Under the pieces are notes generated by a model. The model searched no databases. It was not told the origin of the DNA and saw only the letters and a list, made by a program, of their open reading frames with translations. Below are positions 58,896-64,000 of a stretch of DNA of 64,000 nt, in pieces (position 1 is the stretch's first letter; the number at the start of each line of letters is the position of its first letter). Made by a program: the position numbers and the translations under genes. The DNA comes from Chloroflexota bacterium (GTDB lineage Bacteria; Chloroflexota; Dehalococcoidia; UBA2979). The stretch lies in NCBI GenBank assembly GCA_027593235.1, contig JAQCIU010000004.1, positions 32,001 through 96,000 of the forward strand, given 5' to 3'.

Positions 58896-59756
58896 CTAGT
58901 TCGTGCCCCCGACGCTCAGCACGACGGGCCCGTCCGGGACGGTGCTGGTCGAAACCTGGTTGGTCGCGAAGACCACCACGGTCTGCGGCCATGCCCCGGG
59001 CGGGATCGAGATCAGGGTGATCGTTTCGCCGCCGGCCGGGACGATCGACTCCGAGGCGATCGAATTTCCCCAACGGTCCATCAGGGTGATCCGGTAGACG
59101 TCACCGAAGCCAATCGGCGGCAGATTACGAAGCACGACCACCGCCGCATCAGCGGAGGCGCTCCAGGTGTAGGAGCCGGTTGCGCCATGGGCGGCGCCGG
59201 TTGCGATCAACTCGGCCGATTCGGCTTCCGGGTCGAGCAAGATCGAGGTTGCGGAGCGCGTCTCGTTGAGCTGTGTCGCCAGGGAGCTGATATCACGCCG
59301 GCTGTCGGGGACGGCGGCGATCTGATCGAGGCGCTTGGCGTCCGCCTCGACGACGGCGGTCAGCAGCGCGGCCTGGTCGCGCAGTTCCAACATGTCTTGC
59401 TGGAGGTTGACGGCCCAGATGCTGACGATGGCGAGCGTGGCGGCCATCCCGGCCAGGGGGACAAACCGAGCGACGGGGAAGTGTAGGCGGCGGCTGCGGG
59501 TCGCCGGCATCCGACGGGCCGCCGCGAGCACGCGCTCACGGAGGGCAGCGGGTGGCCGGTGCAACGGCGCAGCGAACGCCAGCAACTCCGCGATCTCGCG
59601 GAATCCCTCGACCTCGCGGGCCGCTGCCGGATCGGACTGGATCAGCCGTTCGGCATCCTCGGCATCGGGCGCGCTCAGCGTCCCGAGTGCATAGGACGCG
59701 AGCAGTGCCTCACGCTCCTCCGGAATCATCGCTTCCCCCTGGTCGCTGCTCGACAT
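58896..59756 (-). CDS. anti-sigma factor (RskA-like)
   Basis: LLASYALGTL, PP.ALRERVL, TM helix, coiled segment, extracytoplasmic LPP...VY domain; downstream of the ECF sigma gene. Confidence 0.85.
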   Translation of the reverse strand: MSSSDQGEAMIPEEREALLASYALGTLSAPDAEDAERLIQSDPAAAREVEGFREIAELLAFAAPLHRPPAALRERVLAAARRMPATRSRRLHFPVARFVPLAGMAATLAIVSIWAVNLQQDMLELRDQAALLTAVVEADAKRLDQIAAVPDSRRDISSLATQLNETRSATSILLDPEAESAELIATGAAHGATGSYTWSASADAAVVVLRNLPPIGFGDVYRITLMDRWGNSIASESIVPAGGETITLISIPPGAWPQTVVVFATNQVSTSTVPDGPVVLSVGGTN

Positions 59757-60438
59757 CGTCGGTCAGCGCCTCCCGCAGCTTGCGCATCCCCAAGCGGATG
59801 CGCGTCTTGATTGTTCCCAGCGGATCCCCGGTGCGTTCAGCGATCTCGGTCTGGGTGAGCCCGCCGAAATAGGCGAGTTCGATGACGAGTCGCTGCGCCT
59901 CTGGCAGATCGAGCATCGCCGCGTAGATACGGCGCCGATCGTCCGCGAGAACCGCCTCGTGAGCTGGATCGTCACCTCGTCCTTCGGCCGGCAGGCGAAG
60001 CACGGGATCCTCATCTTGATCCTCGGCACGTCGCCGGCGGCTCATCCGCCGTTGCTCGTCCAGCGCGCGGTTGCGCGAGACGGAGCTGATCCAGCTAATA
60101 AACCGGCCGCGAGACGGATCGAACGAGGCTGGCTGTCGCCAGATGCGCAGGAACACCTCTTGCGTCACGTCTTCGGCGAGTGCGTGGTCGTGCAGCACGC
60201 GGAGTGCCACCGAAAACACGAGCGCCGAATAACGGTCGTAGAGCTGTTCGAGCGCTCCTACCTCGTCCGTGGCGAGCGCGGCCACAAGGACCGCGTCTTC
60301 TTCCGCCCGCTGCAGGCGATCTTCGGCTGTCTTACTCGGTACGTGCGCCAGCGGTCGCCGGATCTTGGCGAGGTCGGGGAGGGCTGGAGTCTCAGTGGGG
60401 AAGACGATTGGGTTTGCACCCGTCCTGGGCTCATTCAC
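59710..60438 (-). CDS. ECF sigma factor (SigK-like)
   Basis: LYDRY, AEDVTQEVF, FDPSRG, LP.AQR..IELAYFGGLTQTEIA...PLGTIKTR.R.G; GGAGG before GTG 60438. Confidence 0.92.
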   Translation of the reverse strand: MNEPRTGANPIVFPTETPALPDLAKIRRPLAHVPSKTAEDRLQRAEEDAVLVAALATDEVGALEQLYDRYSALVFSVALRVLHDHALAEDVTQEVFLRIWRQPASFDPSRGRFISWISSVSRNRALDEQRRMSRRRRAEDQDEDPVLRLPAEGRGDDPAHEAVLADDRRRIYAAMLDLPEAQRLVIELAYFGGLTQTEIAERTGDPLGTIKTRIRLGMRKLREALTDDVEQRPGGSDDSGGA

Positions 60439-60564
60439 CAGGCGCCTCCAATGAGGCGGGAAGCGGTTGCAAAGTGTGTACCTGCCACAAGGGAGGACAT
60501 CGTGCAGTGATTCACAGCACGTTCCGGCCACAAGCCGGGCACAAGGATGTGGGGAGCGTGACGG

Positions 60565-61398
60565 TCACACCGCCTGCCCGGTGCTGAAGAGCAGGCCACG
60601 GGCAAGCACTTCGCCGGCGAGCAGCGCGCCGAGGGCGATGTAGAGCAGACCGGTGGCCGACATCATTCCGCGGATGGTCGCGGTTCGCCAGGCGAGCCAG
60701 GCGAGGACGGCGGGGAAGATCAGGCCGACGAGGACCCGCAGCCAGAACGCCGGGTTTCCACCAAGGCCGACCCCGATCGCGCTCTCCGAGAGCGGTACCT
60801 CGCGAGGCGAGATGGCGACCGCGAGGATCACGAACACCGCCTGAACGAAGACCGCGGCGAAGACGAAGAGCGACATCTGCTCCATCGGTTCCTTCGGCAA
60901 GCGACCGGAGGTGAGGTACCAGTGACCCCACATCATCGCCATCAATGCTCCGCCGAGCAGGAGCGCCGCAGCAAGCATGCTGCCGACGACCCCCCAGGCC
61001 GACCACGCGGGAGGAGCAACGAGCGCACCGATCGCGACGAGCGCGGCCGTTCCGACGACGGCGCCGACCGCGCCGAGCCGCACGCCGAGTTGCTGTCGCT
61101 CCTGTAGCGCGGCGAACGTGTGCAGCGCGCTGACGACGACGAAGCCCGCGAGGGCGGCACGAGCCGGATTGAACCAGGCGTCACTGAGCGCGTAGCCGCC
61201 GATATCGTCCTGGCGTCCGATGGTCGCGAACGTCCAACCGGCGAGGATCGCCAGCGGCGCGACCGTGAGCGCGCCGGCTTTCACGTAGCCACGCGTGACC
61301 TGACCGCGGGCGTCGACGACAGTGAGCACGGCAAGGCCGCCCACCGCCAGTTCGGCGAGGAGGATGAGGACGGTGTACGGCAACGAAGAGGCGTTCAC
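60565..61398 (-). CDS. 8-TM membrane protein, DmsC/NrfD-like anchor
   Basis: YTVL..LAELAVGG N-terminus, GHWYL motif, GEVLARGLLF C-terminus. Confidence 0.6.
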   Translation of the reverse strand: MNASSLPYTVLILLAELAVGGLAVLTVVDARGQVTRGYVKAGALTVAPLAILAGWTFATIGRQDDIGGYALSDAWFNPARAALAGFVVVSALHTFAALQERQQLGVRLGAVGAVVGTAALVAIGALVAPPAWSAWGVVGSMLAAALLLGGALMAMMWGHWYLTSGRLPKEPMEQMSLFVFAAVFVQAVFVILAVAISPREVPLSESAIGVGLGGNPAFWLRVLVGLIFPAVLAWLAWRTATIRGMMSATGLLYIALGALLAGEVLARGLLFSTGQAV

Positions 61399-61431
61399 GT
61401 CACCGGATCGTGGGCCTCGATGATCGAACGA

Positions 61432-62070
61432 TCAACGTGGCTGCTGATCGGAGACGATCCGGCCGAGGCGTTTCCAGTCCTCGATCTGTCGATCCCAGCT
61501 CCGGCGGCCCTGTGTTCGCGGGCTCGGATGGACCAACGGGACGAGCGTGCGCCCGGCCCACGGCCGAGGTTCACCCGCCTCCTCCGAGACGCGGGTCACG
61601 CCGTGTGGGGCGGCGCGTGCCAGCGCTGCGAGCGCGATCCCGCCGAGCGCGGCGACCACCGGCGCGGCGACGAGGTCCAGCGTGGCGGCGAGGAACGGAC
61701 CGCATTCGGCCAGCTCGCTGGTGCGCGGGCGGCGGTTGCGTGCCGCGTCCGCTTCGCCGGCCAGCGGGTTACAGAGGACCGCGTTCGTGATGAAGACCTC
61801 GGCGCGAGTGAGGCCGGCGGCGGCGAGCAAGACGCCGAGGCGCGCTCCGGATCGGTCGCCCTCGAAGGGCACGCCCGTCCGCGCGGCGCCGAGGCGACCG
61901 GGCGCTTCACCCACGATCAGCAGGCGAGCCTGGAGCGGACCGTTGGCTGGTCCGAGGACGTGCGAGTAGGCCATCCCCTGACAGGCGTGACAGGCACCGA
62001 CCGCAGCCTGGAGGCTTCGGAAGGCGGCGGGCGCTGGCGGTAGTGGTCCGATGCTGCGGTTCGTTGACAG
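61432..62070 (-). CDS. uracil-DNA glycosylase, family 4-like (start uncertain)
   Basis: GEAPG, TG.PF, TNAVLC, NRRP..EL..C, HPSP. CHAC lies upstream of ATG 61974, so the gene must start earlier (CTG 62070 candidate). Confidence 0.85.
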   Translation of the reverse strand: MSTNRSIGPLPPAPAAFRSLQAAVGACHACQGMAYSHVLGPANGPLQARLLIVGEAPGRLGAARTGVPFEGDRSGARLGVLLAAAGLTRAEVFITNAVLCNPLAGEADAARNRRPRTSELAECGPFLAATLDLVAAPVVAALGGIALAALARAAPHGVTRVSEEAGEPRPWAGRTLVPLVHPSPRTQGRRSWDRQIEDWKRLGRIVSDQQPR

Positions 62071-62099
62071 GTCCCTTCCACAAGCCGACCATCGCGAAC

Positions 62100-62603
62100 A
62101 TGCCCCAGTACGTCTCCGCCCGCTACAGCGAGCAACCTCGGTACCTACGCAAGACGCTGCGTGAGGTCGCGCACCGCATCGAGGAACTGGCGGTCGAGCT
62201 GACGGAGGATGAGGCGCGCGAGCACATCCCGGAGGACGACTGGTCGGTCGTGGAACTGGCGGGCTTCCTCCGCGACAGCGAGCGCGAAGATCTGCGGGCT
62301 ATCAACTCGATGGTGATGCGCGACGGCGCCCGGATCGATGAGCGCCGCGCGCAGTACGGTCCGGCCGAGAACAACTACCAGGCGAAACACCTGGACGAGC
62401 TGATCTGGTACTTCGCGACGATCCGCGAGGAAACGCTCTGGACGCTCAATGACATCGATGGGCTCTGGCACCGCACGGGCACGCACCCCTATCGAGGCAC
62501 GGTGACGCTGACCGAGTGGGTGCGCGAAATGAACGAACGCGATCTTGACGTGATGTGGCGAATCGGTCGGATCGTGGAGCGGCTGCGGGCGCATCGGCGC
62601 TAG
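62100..62603 (+). CDS. DinB/YfiT-like protein
   Basis: WSVVEL.GFLRDSE, F..IREETL..L, W.R.GTHP..G..TL; canonical His metal ligands appear substituted. Confidence 0.75.
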   Translation: MPQYVSARYSEQPRYLRKTLREVAHRIEELAVELTEDEAREHIPEDDWSVVELAGFLRDSEREDLRAINSMVMRDGARIDERRAQYGPAENNYQAKHLDELIWYFATIREETLWTLNDIDGLWHRTGTHPYRGTVTLTEWVREMNERDLDVMWRIGRIVERLRAHRR

Positions 62604-62648
62604 CCCGCGCCGGTCATGGGCCCCAGTTCGCGACGCGCCCGGACCTCG

Positions 62649-63998
62649 TTAGCTGGCGGAGACCGCCCGTTCGATCGCCGGCAGGAGTTCGTCCGGCCGG
62701 GTGACCAGCGGTCCGTACTCGCCACCGACGAAGCAGAGCGCGCCGCCAATGTCGGCCGGCACGCCCAGCTGGCCGACCAACACATCATCGAACCGCGGGT
62801 TGAGGCGCTGCACGGTGTGGGCGGAGAGCGCCAGCCGAAGCGCCTGGGCATGCAGCGGGTCCGCGATAGCGTCGCGTTCGCCCGGGGGAGCGAAGGCAAT
62901 GATCTTCACCTCCGGTTCGAGCGAGAGGAGGCGGTCGACGACGCGCGCCACCGCGCACGCGGATTCGAGGTCGGCGCTGCCGAAGGCAGCGACGGCCCCG
63001 CGAAGGATCGAGTAGGCGGTGTCCATGTAGCGATCGTCGTGCGTGAGGTGGGTGAGGCGGATCAGTAACTCCGCCGCTTCCGCGTTGTCGAACAGCGAGA
63101 CGCGCGGCTCCTCTAACTGTCCGTAACCGCGCTGACCGAGATCGATGTCGGCGAGCGGGCCATCGGAAATCTGGAACTGGCGGCTCAGCAGGCGCGCGAC
63201 GGTCTGCGCGTGATGCAGGTAGTCGACCGACCCGGTCGCCTCGTAGGTATCGAGCAGCGCCTGGCCGGTGAGCACCTGATCGGCGAGCAGGCCGAGGGTG
63301 CGCGGGACGCCGTCCCAGACGTGGTAGAACCCGGCCTCACCGGCGCGCATCCGGCGGATCAGGAAGTCGACGCCGGTCTGGCCGCGGCTGCGCCAGTCCG
63401 AGCGGTCGAAGACGACACCGCAGGCGAGCAGGCCGCGCGCGAGCAAGGCATTCGCGGAGGCGAGCACCTGATCGCTCTCGGCGCTGTAGGCGAAGCCGCC
63501 GCTGGAGTTGCGTAGCTCAGCCTCGACGAACTCGATGGTGCGGGTAACCGCCTCCAACGCCCACTCGTGCGCGTCACTGTCCTCGGAGGCGATGCGAGCG
63601 AGCACGGAGAGCCAGCGGCCTTGATCGGCCGCCGGGCGTTCCGCGCAGTCCGCGCCGGGATCAACGCAACGGCGGAAGCCGCCCGCTTCGCGATCGAACC
63701 CGCCGCCATCGACGCGTCGCTGGATCGCCACGCGGGCGCGTCGCTCGGATTCGAGGTCGGCGCGGCGGCGATGTGCGTAGAGCCAGAGGCGGATCCGTTC
63801 CGGGCCCGCCAGATCCTCGGCAGTGGCGGCACGATCGAGGGCGATGTCGAGCACGCTGGGCGTGAGGTCGCCCCGACGGATCGGGCGCGTCGCCAATCGC
63901 AGTACGCGCTCCGCCTCGAGTTCGGCGAGCACCGCGTCGCGCTCGTCACGCCAGCGGGCCAGCCAGGTTTCGATGACCTCGACAAGTTCGCCGGACGA
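62649..63998 (-). CDS. YyaL/DUF255-like thioredoxin-domain protein, C-terminal part (5' end off window)
   Basis: VDGGGF.R, GGFAYS, LASANAL, GLLADQ, DNAEAA..L.RL; frame stays open to the window edge. Confidence 0.75.
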   Translation of the reverse strand, partial: SSGELVEVIETWLARWRDERDAVLAELEAERVLRLATRPIRRGDLTPSVLDIALDRAATAEDLAGPERIRLWLYAHRRRADLESERRARVAIQRRVDGGGFDREAGGFRRCVDPGADCAERPAADQGRWLSVLARIASEDSDAHEWALEAVTRTIEFVEAELRNSSGGFAYSAESDQVLASANALLARGLLACGVVFDRSDWRSRGQTGVDFLIRRMRAGEAGFYHVWDGVPRTLGLLADQVLTGQALLDTYEATGSVDYLHHAQTVARLLSRQFQISDGPLADIDLGQRGYGQLEEPRVSLFDNAEAAELLIRLTHLTHDDRYMDTAYSILRGAVAAFGSADLESACAVARVVDRLLSLEPEVKIIAFAPPGERDAIADPLHAQALRLALSAHTVQRLNPRFDDVLVGQLGVPADIGGALCFVGGEYGPLVTRPDELLPAIERAVSAS

Positions 63999-64000
63999 GG

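Overview
High-GC (roughly 70% by eye), densely coding bacterial chromosomal segment. Gene content and style suggest Chloroflexota/Dehalococcoidia-like, but that is inference. No rRNA, tRNA, CRISPR array, integrase or transposase was recognised. Main blocks: a DsbA/FrnE-type oxidoreductase whose first active-site codon is an in-frame TGA followed by a SECIS-like hairpin (probable selenoprotein, truncated in the ORF track); a menaquinone operon menF-D-H-A-C-E without menB; a secreted zinc metallopeptidase; Zn-ADH, CoA-transferase and phosphotriesterase-family genes; a small MNT-like/HEPN-like gene pair; acs and citrate synthase; an SRPBCC-ArsR-ABC exporter unit with a clear promoter and twin operators; MmgE/PrpD; a LonC-type protease; a histone H1-like protein with a probable CTG start; an orphan Tat-lipoprotein SBP; a Rieske-fold protein lacking all cluster ligands beside a SUF operon (sufR-C-B-D-fdx-S-U-T); phaJ/phaB-like genes; hot-dog fold genes; a Zur-like regulator with a metal ABC importer; an ECF sigma/anti-sigma pair; UDG; and two apparent internally deleted gene remnants. 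Several genes look leaderless.
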